From Antedon mediterranea (taxonomy: Eukaryota > Animalia > Echinodermata), in NCBI RefSeq assembly GCF_964355755.1, contig NC_092674.1:18166001-18230000 (forward strand): a stretch of DNA of 64,000 bases, written 5' to 3'. The notes below the pieces were generated by a model. It was given only the letters and a program-made list of their open reading frames with translations. It did no database searches and was not told the DNA's origin. The position numbers and the translations under genes were made by a program. Positions 13,875 to 26,210 of this stretch are shown here, one piece after another. The stretch's first letter is position 1; each line of letters opens with the position of its first letter.

Positions 13875-14252
13875 CTGAAAAAATATCAACATTATTTATT
13901 ATATAAATTTTGGTTAACTGGAGGGTACACCTGCCTTGCTCGCATATTCCCACAGATCTGTTTTTACAGTAATACTGTAATAAAGCTTTGGAGTAAATAA
14001 CTGGAAATTTTCAAATGTATGCAAGGCTATTGTATGGACACGAACATGTCTCTTTAGTAACACATAGTGTGCATCGTCAGGAAGAGATGGAAGCTCGCGA
14101 GCAAAAAAAAGAAATGCTCATGTTGTGTCTCATTAGTTGCTGTTGAGAGTAATGAATGGAATGAACGCAAAGCATCTGGTGCAACCCTCTGCCAATACTT
14201 AGCTTCAAGTTTCCGACTTTGTAGTGCCATCCAAATTATGCCATTATAATCA

Positions 14253-16580
14253 GATAGATTTGAACTCGTCACTTTGACGAGTTCGGGTTATCCGCGGAAA
14301 TGCAACATGCACATTACATTAAAATATATGAATGTCAACAATTATTATGCTATCCTATGACATGAATATGTTTACAGTGCTGAATTGTACCAATTGTGTC
14401 ATACAGTCATGTTACAGTATTAGCATAGATGAAATTACGAGACACATCTTTTAAATCCAACACGATAATGTGAAATTGACGATAATTGAAGATAATTATC
14501 TATATATAAATTTGCGTAAGGGCAAAATTCGGTAAATCGCGCATTATTTTCTAGAATGTTTACTCGATGGTATATAAAGTTGGTTTGTACTTTCGGTACT
14601 GATTTTAACCACCTGATGTAACCCTGTTTACTAATTAAATTGAGTTCGATAATTAGTTATTGACAATTAAATTTAGGTTTAACGATTTGCCCCAAATAGG
14701 GGTGTTTTTCGATCGTGGTATACACTGTCTAATGGATGTCCATCTTGAAAAATACCCGCAGACAATAATACGAGGATGCTTCGCATTTTCCTATCTCCTC
14801 CTATGATAATTGTTTTTAATGGCTGAAAACCGGTTGAACAGCTCGAGTACAGCATCATAATGTTGAAGACAGGCCAATTTTCTTAAAAAAATACTATTTT
14901 GATAGATTTAATTTAAACGTTTATACAAATGTATTGATTTGCGATGAATGGAACATTCCAACCTCTGTTCCACAAGTGTCTATTCCCTCAGGCGTTGTAA
15001 AGGCAAGTACTGTATACTCATAACAGAAATTCGATCCATTTTTTTTTCAATCTGTGCTGCAGAGGTTGGATATAGATTTTTTTTAAACGGACAATGAGCT
15101 AGCGTTTTCAGTCGCCGTATATTATGTAGAAATTCTATTATTGCAGTTAAACCACCCACATCATCATTGAAAACAATTAATATTTCGTTACTAAATGGAT
15201 AAAGAATATATTTAAAAATTGTTCCTCTTTGCACCCATCCTCTTCCCCATCCCTCAACCCTAATGTTACATACAAAACACAAATTAAGTTTGTTTAAATT
15301 TGACTTAAACAATTGGTCTCATTTTGTGACAAGTTTCTCTTTCGGAAGTAATTCCCAGGGTGCTAATTTTAGTTGAGTACATAAATCACAGTGTCTATTT
15401 ATTCGTTCCTGTAAACGAATCGCCAGTTTTTTAACGCTGAAATTATTATGTATTCGAGAACCATCTGTGGGCACGACCTAGATGGTAGGCGAGCGAAGCG
15501 AGCGTACCATCTAGTCTAAATAATTACATTAATACAAGAGATGGAAATCTGACTTTTTTTAATTCAACTGGCCTTATGATAGACAAAATTTGTATATGAA
15601 TTCATATCTACAATTCAACAACTTCTAATCTATAATAAGTTTTAATCACGTGGGTTACTTTTCATTCCGATGAACAATATACTGCATAGATGAAATTAAG
15701 TAACTCATGTTATTCTAATTTTTTTATATGATGACGTAATAAAAATTACAATTTTTGTAACTCTTGTGAAAGAGAATTGATAGAGAAAGAATGTATTAAA
15801 ATCTAGGAGAAAATGCGTAACACATTAGCGCGATACGCTCTATTAAATTGGATTAACTAGTACAAAAGAGAAAAAAAAATCTATTTTTCAAATTCGAGTG
15901 GCCATATGGTGACGTCAAAACATCATGTAGGTACAAATTGTACATGAATTGATATCTACAACTAATCAGGTTCCATATTTTAAATAGGGTCACCGACCAT
16001 TTTGAGGAGCTATAACTGAATAAAAATAGATATATTTTTGCACAAATTTGCATTAAATTACCTATTCTTTAGCACACGATTATTAAAGTTACGACATGCG
16101 TCTTTATTTTGCAGATAAAGTTCATCAAAATGGATGAAATCTGCTACAGAAGGTATGAAAAGCAAAAATCAATTGCAAAAACTATTTTCATACTCTTAAA
16201 ACGCAAACAATTTTGAAATGCTCAAAATGGCCAGAAATGTACGTGAAATTGATCAGAAATTATTTTGCGAATTTTTTAATTTCAAATATGCGTACTCGCA
16301 AAATTGTTTGCGTAGCACGTCAATTTTATCATGTCCAAATATTATGAAATACATTTTCGTAAAGTTTAATTGAAAAATAAATTTTTGTTCAGAATTTATG
16401 AGAAACCATAAAATTTCATAAATCGAGCGTAACTTGTTACATCTTGCACATCTACAGCTACAGGTTACTCTTATGACCAAGTTATACAATCTTATGTTGA
16501 CCAGAATTACAGATACGCTGCAAACAAATTTGTGGAAAGAAAGAAGAACACGACAGAAAAAAAAAGATCCTGACAAACAA
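14253..16580 (-). mobile_element. Diverged HINE family A copy, interrupted by a Helitron
   Basis: 3' stem-loop AACTCGTC-acttt-GACGAGTT plus GGTTATCCGC at 14262-14295. The body from 15520 to 16580 is similar to 1-1140. Confidence 0.7.
14499..15514 (+). mobile_element. Non-autonomous Helitron, copy 1
   Basis: A|TC 5' end (TCTATATATAAATTT), 3' hairpin and CTAG|T end, no TSD. Several copies in the window. Confidence 0.88.
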
Positions 16581-17261
16581 AACCAATAAAAACAGTTTAA
16601 TTGTTTGTCTTTAGTGTAAGCCTAGATTAAGAAATCAGTGAAAATATTTCCTAGGCTGGGTTGAAGTATCAAAACCCGTAACTTTTTCAATTTTAGATCT
16701 GAATAAATGTGTCATCAACTAGTGAAACAGGCAATATTCTCTTAATATTTTCAAAAGGGAAAGAAATCCTGGTGGTCTCTTATGAAAGGTAATCATTGAA
16801 ACATTTGAAACATACAGTATTTGCAGAACTTGACAATGAAAAGACAAACACATAGTGATGAATCCAAGTTCATTAAATAGAAATAGATGGGGATCAGTGA
16901 ATGGCCAGAGTCCTAGAAATTGTGAATTGAAATGGTGAAGTTAACCTACTATGTCAACTGGTGTAATGATGAATGTGCTCTTTTGATTGTGTATGATTGA
17001 TTGATGTTTTAACAGAATGATAAAACATAACATTTTCTCTTAAATGTTAGTTTTTATTTGGTTTTATATGCAAATGTTGTGATTGGTCAATATTGACATT
17101 TGACCTTTATTTGCAAAGTATGTTTTATAAGGTGACTTAATACATACCTATAACCATACAAATGTATTAAAAGGCCGAATTGTTTATTTATTTAATCTTT
17201 CTTTATTCTGAAATACACTTTCAATACAATGTACTGATTTCCAAAGTGGTTCAGTTCTTAA

Positions 17262-17575
17262 CACATTGACTGCCAAGGCATTTTCCGTAATTTCTGTCCC
17301 AGTGCCAAGTCCCGTTTGAGATGATTATATTGAGTGTGAGGGCGCCATATTCAATGCATGAGGGAATAAACACAAACAAACATATGACATATATTTTTAG
17401 ATTATCGTTTATGTACATCATTCATAAACTGCCATGCGATAATTCCTGTTCCAATCACCACTGCCAGCGATTCTACATACAATACAAAAGTGCTACGATT
17501 TTGACGTAGTATTACGTCTTGGCAAGTAGCGACACGCAATTTTTGACGTATAAATACGCCGTGGCAGTGAACGTG
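17262..17575. mobile_element. piggyBac-like MITE
   Basis: TTAA|CACATTGACTGCCA ... TGGCAGTGAACGTG|TTAA: imperfect TIRs with a TTAA duplication, inside the LINE 3' UTR. Confidence 0.75.
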
Positions 17576-17902
17576 TTAACTACATAAATGTAAACAAAAT
17601 ACAGTATATAAATGGACAAAAGAAAATATAAAATTAAACCTAAAATTATCAAAATCAAATTAACACAATTAAGTAAGCACATTTAAAGGTAAAAACATAA
17701 ATAATTGAGATTTTAAGATAAAAGAAGTTTTAATCATTGAGCATTAATTAGATTTAGTTTTGAATTAAAATTAAAGTTTTGAAATTTGTGATTTGAAAGT
17801 TGATACTGTCATATCATAAAGATCATTTTTTATTTTGTTAGGTAGAAAGTTCCATAATTTTGTAGATCTGTAATTAAAAGTTCTTTTACCTTGAGTATTA
17901 TT

Positions 17903-19523
17903 GGTTATCCGCCTCAAGCGGATAAGCATTTGTTATTGTAGTGTTACTTTTTTTTTTTTTTATTATTCTTCTTTCTTTCTCAGATTTTGTGTACGCGTTT
18001 TCTCTTGAACGTGTTAACATAACATTTTGTAACTTGGTCAACATATAGACAATTAACTGAAGATGTACTGCGAAGCTTTTTGACAATGTCAGATCCGCGT
18101 AGCGTAAGTTACGCGCGATTTTCTGAAAATCTTAAATCGGTCATAACTTCGAAACCGATAAATATTTTTTAACGAAATTTTCAGCCACGTTTTCTTCACA
18201 TCAATGGCTAACTTTTTCGCTCTTCAGCAAATTTTTGAACACTAAAAAATCTGCGCGTAAACTGCGTTTGAAATTTTAAAATGCTCCTAATTTGTGCACG
18301 TTGTTTCTCTGTAACGCGTTAACATAACATTTTGTAACTTGTTCAACATATAGACATTTTACTGAAGTTGTCCAGCCAAGCTTTTTGACGATGTCAGAGC
18401 CGCGTAGCGTAAGTTACGCGTGATTTTCTGAAAATCTTAAATTGGTTATAACTTCGAAACAAATGAATATTTTTTAACGTCATTTTCAGCCACGTTTGCT
18501 TCACATCAATAGTTAACTTTTTTAACGCTATCGCAATTTGTAACATTAGAAAGTGCGCGCGTAAATGGCGTTTGAAATTTTAAAATGCTTCAAATCAATT
18601 TCTGATTAAATTAGAGCACGATTCAGGTCATTTTAAGCGTTTAAAAAATTGCCACTGGTGCGCACATTTTTACGCGCGCACGGCGCAGGGAACAGGTATG
18701 AGCATTTCTTTTACACGATTTGTGTTTTTAAATCTTCGGTTAACAATTTTACGTTATTTTATTCACTTTTCAACTTGAAATGGCGTTCTACGTGCACGTT
18801 AAACATGACAGGTTGCGCACGAAAACGTCAACAAATTGTGAAAATGTTGCAAAATATGTCTACTTTTAAAAATGAAACAGTTCATCAGAATGCAAGGTTA
18901 CCCCCATTTTTTATTTTAATTTCTTGCAGTGTATGAATCATAGGTCTGATTTATTATAGTGTTGAATGCTAAAACGTGTTTGATGGCTACATTATTTGCA
19001 TATTAAATATAATTTTTGAAATATTTATCATCAAACAAACATAAACTTATTCAAAGAGCAAAACAATAAACATAACATTTATCTTTTTTCTTTACATGTT
19101 AATATATAAAACTTGAAAGTATGTACTTTCATAAAATATCAGCGTTTAAAATTTTTGAAGATTTCATCATAGTAAAATTTATGATTTAAGTTTGATATGT
19201 AATAATCAACTTGCATCGAGGGGGTTCACGACATACCGAATGAACGAGGACTCTTTCTTCGGATTTTCGTCAGCAGGTGGTCATATGGCTCGATGTGTAA
19301 TGCAACCGACTTTGGTATCAGAGGTACCGGGTTCGAGTCCCGTCACGGGAAAACAATTAATTAAAAGGGTTTAGTTGGTTATTACACTGAGAGGGCAGTT
19401 TTAATTTTGAATAGCCTACTTTTTTTGGAAAAGTCATAACTTGGAAGTACTTGAATACGCAAGATACGCTTTGTTGCTGGCGGATAACCAAACTCGTCCT
19501 CAAGTGACGAGTTTAAGTTCTAG
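17903..19523 (+). mobile_element. Complete HINE family A variant inserted at a TT in the LINE coding sequence
   Basis: Head GGTTATCCGC-ctcaa-GCGGATAA. Tail GCGGATAACCAA, AACTCGTC-ctcaagt-GACGAGTT, then CTAG. Removing it restores the LINE frame (PKWN-NTQGKRTF). Confidence 0.88.
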
Positions 19524-21854
19524 TTCCATTTAGGTATTATCAAAGTGTTGTTACTTTGACTTCGTGTACCTTTATTGTGACTATCTTCAGTAAATATAAA
19601 TTGAGTTGATAAATAGGGTGGTGCATGTCCATTTAGGCACTTGAAAAGTAATATTAGAATATGTTCATTCCATTTGTCCTTTAGTGTACTCCAACCAAGT
19701 GAGTTTAGGATATCACTAACATGAGTTTTGATATCTACAGATAATAATATTCTACCTAATCTATTTAATGAAATTTGAAGAGAATCTGAAAAGTTTACTT
19801 TACAATTTGACCAGACAAAACTACAATAATCAAATAAAGGAATAACTAGTGCATTGGCTAACATTTTCAGAGTGTTTGATGGAATAAAATATTTTATACT
19901 TTTGATGAAAGGCTATCAATATGATCCGCCCATGTTAGTTGAGTGTCAAAAGTTACACCTAAATATTTAAAAGAATTTACTCTCTCAATAATATGGTTAT
20001 TAAAAGAAACACAGATATTTTTAAACTTACTATACATGTGAGTAGTACTAAAAACCATAAGCTTTGTCTTTTTAATATTTAATGTTAGTTGGTTATCATT
20101 AAGCCATTGAGTAACTTGATTAAAATTTACATCTATTTCATTTTGAAGCCTAAGTGGGTCAGATGAACTACATAAAAGTGTGGTATCATCAGCATACATG
20201 ACACATTTACATGATAAAGAATTAGGAAGTGAGTTAACATATAAAATAAAAAGCAATGGTCCTAATATTGAACCTTGAGGAACTCCGATATTTACATTCA
20301 GTGATTCAGATTTACATGAATTAATACTAACAATTTGAGATCTTTGACTATAAAGATATGATTTAAACCATTTAAGCTCGGTACTATTTATTCCAAAACC
20401 CCTTAATTTATTAAGCAATATTTGATGATTTACCGTATCAAAGGCTTTTTTTAGGTCCAGGAATATAGCAGCTGTTGAAATACCTTTATCAAAATTATTT
20501 AAAATATAGTCTGTAACATCTAAGAGAGTGGTTTGGGTAGAGTGATTTTTTCTGAAACCTGATTGAGAAGGATTTAGAAGGTCATGAGATCTTAAATAAT
20601 GATATAATTGGTCATGAACAGCACGTTCTATTATTTTTTAGACCAAAGGTAAAACAGAAATTGGGCGATAATTACTTGGATCTGATTTATCTCCTTCTTT
20701 ATATATGGGCGTCACTTTTGCTTGTTTCCATTCATATGGAAAAATTGTAGCAAAGTGAATCACATATTATTGGTGCTGCTAATTTTAAAAGTTTACAATT
20801 TATATTATCAATTCCGGTGGCTTTATTACTGGAAAATTTGCATATTTCATCAAAAATATAGTCAGATGTAAGATAATCAAATTTAAATTTATCTACAAGA
20901 GTGTAATCTGTTGTCTTATTTATATTAGTATTTAAAAATTTACTTGCTAAAGAATTTCCTACTGACGTAAAATGAATATTTAATTCATTTGCTGTGTCCT
21001 TATCTGTAGTTGTATAATTTTCATTTTTATAAACTCTATTTACAGTTGATTTTGGTTTTGGAATTAGTTTATTTATGGTGTTCCATAGTTTTTTATTGAA
21101 TTGAACTTCAATAAGATCCAGCCACAGCATTGTCATTTGGATTTATATATAATACATTGTTATAATTGGTCCATTTTTAACTTTGACCCCTTCTATCTCG
21201 AAAACGCTTCCTATCCTGATCGATTACCTTCCAGATTCGTAATATAGGAAAATTCTGGTCTAGAAAAGACCACCCTTTCGGGTGGCGATTCCCCCTCCTG
21301 CCACCGGACTAATTCTACAAAAACAAAATCTATTAGGCCTACAAATAGACGTGATTTTAATTATCAGAAGCTGTTATGAGCTAGCACCAGGCGCGCGCAC
21401 TGGAGGATGTTCCTGCTAGAACTATGCTAACTATAGGGCCTAGGCTTACGTACGTTACAGCAAGTTAAATAATCTTTGGACCAACATATGTATTATTTTT
21501 ATTATTGGTCTTATTCTTCCATTGTATTATTTACACACTAACCTAAACAAATATATATATTGATATAATTTAATAGGCCTAAAATAATTGCCACAGTCTT
21601 TTTCAATCAAAGAAAATGTCCCGAATTTAACCTTGGTTTGTGAAAGCTTCACTGCGTAAGCAGGCGTTATATCGTGGACTCTTTCACACAGATCAGGCTT
21701 ACGACCGTGACAGTAATATTACCGCAATTTGACTAGGTCCAGAGGTGGTCTAACGGAAGCCAGCATTAAAGGGTTTTTACCCTTTCATACAAAGGCCGGT
21801 GTTCACGAATTATCGCAATATTACCGTCTTACAGCTCTGTGTGAAAGGGGCTTA

Positions 21855-22082
21855 TGTTTGTTTAGTGTTAACTTGGTGTTTTACTTCTTGGCTCCTTACA
21901 TGATAGCGATATTTTATGAATCTTCTGATTATTTTGACCTTGTACTTTTCTGTAGTTAGCTCCTCAAAAGCTTTTTGGGCCTATTTGTTATTTTTCAACA
22001 TGGCAAACACAGATCTGGCCTTTCCTTTATGAAGAACTGGGATAGTCACACCCGTAAAGGCATGGAATCCTGGTAGCGCGAC
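21855..22082 (-). mobile_element. Academ-like XPG/H3TH coding remnant, same family as 35260-35490
   Basis: The minus strand reads ALPGFHA.FTGCDYPSS..KGKA with frameshifts. Near-identical to 35260-35490. Confidence 0.65.
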
Positions 22083-22387
22083 ACACATCTGATGTTATTT
22101 TCCTTCCTCCCCTCTAGTATTCTCAAAACCTATTATCCTTAACTCATCCTTTCTTATTCGAGCTATCGTAATATTGTCTCAGCCAACCCAAAAAACATCT
22201 GTAACCTTTCATTCTGCAAAAAATGCTACTACTGTATATATATCTGGCGCCCATCCACTGTCACATTCCTCCCATTTCTTTTACCTTCCTTTACTCAAAT
22301 GACACGGACATTAATTCTTTTACCAGCAAGGTATATTTGTTTTTTTTTCACATGTCATCTACCTGGCCTTTTACCACACAGTCTTTT

Positions 22388-22592
22388 GCCACCTAGGCCC
22401 TGCCACATGTGGCATACTGCCACCTAGGCCCTGCCACATGTGGCATACTGCCACCTAGGCCCTGCCACATGTGGCATACTGCCACCCTTGGGCCCTGCCT
22501 ACAGGCCATTTGACACCCGGCCTGTTGCCACTCTTCCTGTTGCGATCCAGCCTGTTGCCACCCGGCCATTTGCCACCCGGTCTGTGGCCACC
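22388..22592. repeat. 31-bp minisatellite (GCCACCTAGGCCCTGCCACATGTGGCATACT, about 3.5 copies) followed by short GCCACCCGGCC-type repeats
   Basis: Tandem units are directly visible. Reverse-complement-like units GGCCGGGTGGCAAAA occur at 36465-36555. Confidence 0.85.
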
Positions 22593-23214
22593 GCTCAGTT
22601 TGGGCTACTTTAACAAAAGCCCTAAAACCTAACATCTGGGTCTATACCATTGAAAAGCAATTTATTAGTTAAAATGATTTACACATTTTAATTTTGAATT
22701 GAGACAACAGCGTTCATTTTAATTTTGTTGCAAGCCTAATTAAGAAGTGCAAATGACACTCTCAGACCAGGAGGCAAAACGAATTCTATATGATCCTCGT
22801 ATACAAAAAATGCTAGATTACCAAGAAATTATTCTTATTCTGTGCTTTGACAAGAATGTGTTATAATTTATGTGGTCTTAATATATTATATTAGATTATT
22901 ATTTTTTATATTAAATAATGTTTTTCAGACTTTGAATATGTTATTTTGTAGTTTTAATAAAGTTAATCACTTCCATAGAAAAAAAAAACGAAAAAATAAT
23001 GTTTTTACTTATAAAATGACAAAATAAATGGTTAAATTCAACCAAAGATCCATTGGCTGCGGATAACCAAAAATAGACACTGAAATATATATAAGATTAC
23101 ATTATGCCTTTATCTTCTGATATCAATTTTGCATATTGTACCTCTAGGATACTGTACATCCACTCAGGAAGCGCTTGCCTGATATATCTATCTATCTTGT
23201 CCAAGTACTTTCAC

Positions 23215-23256
23215 TTGCACTGATGAAGGGCTAGTGTTGCCCAAAAGCTCTGCTAA
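23215..23256 (+). ncRNA. Degenerate minimal type I hammerhead ribozyme motif, as found in Penelope-like element repeats
   Basis: GCA-CTGATGA-A-GGGC-tagtgtt-GCCC-AAAA-GCTC-TGC. The core GAAA is mutated to AAAA. Confidence 0.65.
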
Positions 23257-24060
23257 CTTTTCTGGCTGTTTTACTTTATCGTTTTGATTTAGCTTTTCGC
23301 TTTTTTTGTATCTCCATTGAGATCCAGACACTGATACCCACAGCATTGTCATTTTTTCAGTATTTTGCCTTTTTTCTCATTCTCACTCTCACAGATTTCC
23401 TCTTCTTTATCGTTTCAAATTAATTAAGTAAATTTCAGTATATCACCGGGCGGTTTAGAATTAGAATGTTCTTTGCCTAATGTGTTTATATAAATATTCA
23501 CAAAATGTTGAAACGTTAATTCGAAAAACTATGGTGGAAGCCATGCTGTTTCATCAGCCAATCAGAGAGCGTAATTTATCTCTATAGCCAATCACAGTCA
23601 AGGGTTCACAAATTCTTGATAGATATTTTAGCAACCTAACACCTTAATTAAACCAATTTCCATTGGCTAGATTAAAAAAAATCCCTTAGCTGATATATTT
23701 TCGAACAGATAGGTACCAAACATGACGTCATTCGGGTTAGCGGTTTGTTTACAAAAGCGCCGTAAAGAAAGTTGATTTTTTGTGAACAAAAGTACAATTT
23801 CCTAAGAGATTTTCAATGGAAACAACTTAAATAATTGCAAAATACTTTCAGAGCCTGTCACTTTTAACAGGCTCATACAAGATTTCAAGTTGAAAAGTGA
23901 ATAAAATAGTATGAAATTGCTAAATAAAGATTGAAAAACACAAAACTGCATTGGAAATACAAACTTTGTTTAAATTATTTATTAATTAGTTTTAAAAAAA
24001 ATGATTACCTCTGCTAGAAGAGGTCATGTCTACTTGTACAGTTACTTGCAATTTACCTAC

Positions 24061-24218
24061 CTCTGTAAAATGATAACCATTTGGAAGTCCACGAGGATCC
24101 ACAATAATTGAAAAACTGCGTATTGTATTCATTAATTCTAAAACGGTTGGAGTTGAAACCCACGAGACATTTGTAGCTAAACATAAATGTAGTTGTAACA
24201 AAATTTTTTCCCTTGGAT
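24061..24218 (-). CDS. TPP2: TPP2 coding exon: DPREKILLQLHLCLATNVSWVSTPTVLELMNTIRSFSIIVDPRGLPNGYHFTE
   Basis: Overlaps ORF 23992..24201. Matches 'EKISLQLHLAL...LELMN...VDPRGL...HYTE'. Acceptor ctacag, donor gtaggt. Confidence 0.95.
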
Positions 24219-24535
24219 CTGTAGAATAAATGCAGAAATAAGGTTAAAATATATTACCCATACCACACTGTTTATATTTATTTTAACAATCAGTATGTAC
24301 TGTTCTTTGTATGTATATTGCTAAACTTGTGGTCAATTGATAGAAATTACGATGTTGCAAAGAGAAAAATTTTATACAAATATATTATTTATTTAATCAG
24401 TAACAAAATTTATTTGATTTTATGACTTATAACAAATGTACACAGTAAAACATTTTTTGAAACTGTCATAGTCGATTGAAATAATACAGTGGCATGTGAC
24501 TATGACACTTTTTAATTTTTGTAATTATTATTTAA

Positions 24536-25392
24536 CCCTTTCACTGCGTATACCCGGTACTACCGGGTATAAACAAACGTCGTTGAAGTGCGTATATACC
24601 TGGTAATACCGGGTATGGGCAAAACAATGATTTAATCGTATTTGCCTATAATATATAGCACCCTCTATATTTGTTCGATGAACTTGAATATTTTTGCAAG
24701 TCATTAAAAAATTTTTCAAGCAAAAAAAACGGCCCTCTATAGCTGTATTATTGTCTTGAAAATCATGCGCCCTCTATAGTTATATTATATAATAGTATAG
24801 TGTATATAATAGTATTCTATCTTGGAAATTGTTTTGAGTAGCGTAATAGCGGCCATTTTGAAAGTAACCAAAATTTACCAGCCCCAATAGGGCAACATTG
24901 TGTTTATCACAACACGCAAAAAAAAAAAAATTCTGAAACAATGGTTAGTTTTGTACTATAGTGAATTTTTGGAAAATGTCATTATTTTCACGATTTTGCC
25001 CCAAAACTTTGATTTGTGCATAATTTTTATAAAACAATAAAATAATTCAATTTTTTTTTATATTTTTATTTGTTATACGTATCTTCATCAATATCCAGTT
25101 GGAAAAACGTATTCCATAAGAATTTCTTATAGAAAATATAGTTTTTATCATTGATTCGATAAAAAACACGAAATCCAAAATACCTGTAATGACGTCACAT
25201 GACGTCATCAATATGCAAATTACTTTTTTTTTTATACCTAACTGTAGACTAACCCTTTGCCAATCACACACCACAAAAATAATTACACAATTATCTCAAT
25301 TAGTATTTTTGTGCAATTTATTAAAATATCATATGTTTTTCTTAAATATACATTACGTACAGAGGTGGGAATAATGCTCCGCAGTGAAAGGG
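24536..25392. mobile_element. piggyBac-like non-autonomous element
   Basis: TTAA|CCCTTTCACTGCG ... CGCAGTGAAAGGG|TTAA: perfect 13-bp TIR and TTAA TSD. Inserted in a Helitron-family fragment. Confidence 0.9.
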
Positions 25393-25629
25393 TTAATACA
25401 AACTGTTGAGTAATAAAGTTTATTTGTATTTTGTGTTTCTGTATTTAACAGTGTACCAACACAAAGGCAGTAAAAATGTATGTAACTTTAAATGGTGGTC
25501 GAAAAACTAATGGCAGTCTACCAGATGCTTTAAATTAAATTATTTTTAAACTAACTAACTAACTAACTAAAATCCCCATAATATATTTCCAATTTTTAAA
25601 ACTATACATAGATCTTCAGTTTGCAAAAG

Positions 25630-25825
25630 ATCTCTTAATCCATCTGCACTTTTTGTTCTACCCAGCCGCCTTAAGACCTATGGTGATCAAGCCTTTGCAG
25701 TTGCAGCTCCTAAACTGTGAAACAATCTTCCTGATCCTATTAAAAATGCATCCTCTATCATAGTTTTTTTTCTCACAGTCCTTTGGGACAATCTTTTGAT
25801 TGTATAAGCGCTTTATAACTCAAAC
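25630..25825 (+). mobile_element. L2 LINE 3' fragment
   Basis: Translates to KTYGDQAFAVAAPKL*NNLPDPIKNASS, followed by a taagcgctttataa tail. Confidence 0.7.
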
Positions 25826-26106
25826 ATCTTACAAAATGTAGAGTTCCTACTTTTATACTTTAATTTTAGTAATACTTTTGCAATCCTTTTCATATAATTA
25901 TCATAGTAGTTATTACTTGTTTTAGACATCATCTACTACACTATGGAGATTTGTAGAACATAGTATTAAAGTTTATCACTTGTATTAAATATACAATTAT
26001 GGGATGGTTACTGAAGTTACTATGGATGTGTTTGAACATAAAATCAATTACAAGCTTAACCTAAACTCCTGTTCAGACGACAATAATTTACACTCAATGA
26101 AAAATA

Positions 26107-26210
26107 TATGGCCATACTGCATTGAAACACCAGTTCTCGTCAGATCATCAAAGTTAAGTAACGTTGGGCCTGGTTGGGAGACCATCTGGGAATGGCGACG
26201 GGTGCTGTAT
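26107..26210 (+). pseudogene. 5S rRNA pseudogene or 5S-derived fragment
   Basis: GGCCATAC...ACACCAGTTCTCGTCAGATCATCAAAGTTAAG...GGGCCTGGTT-GGGAGACCATCTGGGAA...GGTGCTGTA follows the eukaryotic 5S consensus, but the AGTACTTGGA segment is missing. Confidence 0.8.

Larger units (their letters stand above)
17180..21110 (-). mobile_element. 5'-truncated, frameshifted L2/CR1-group LINE with two nested insertions
   Basis: RT motifs [57 protein letters not shown]-terminal GKRTFNYRSTKLWN. 3' end with AATAAA and a (TAAA)n tail at about 17180. Confidence 0.92.

Noticed and set aside
22393-22635. Gln/Trp-rich repetitive 80-aa ORF
   Set aside because: It is a translation of a minisatellite and short GC repeats.
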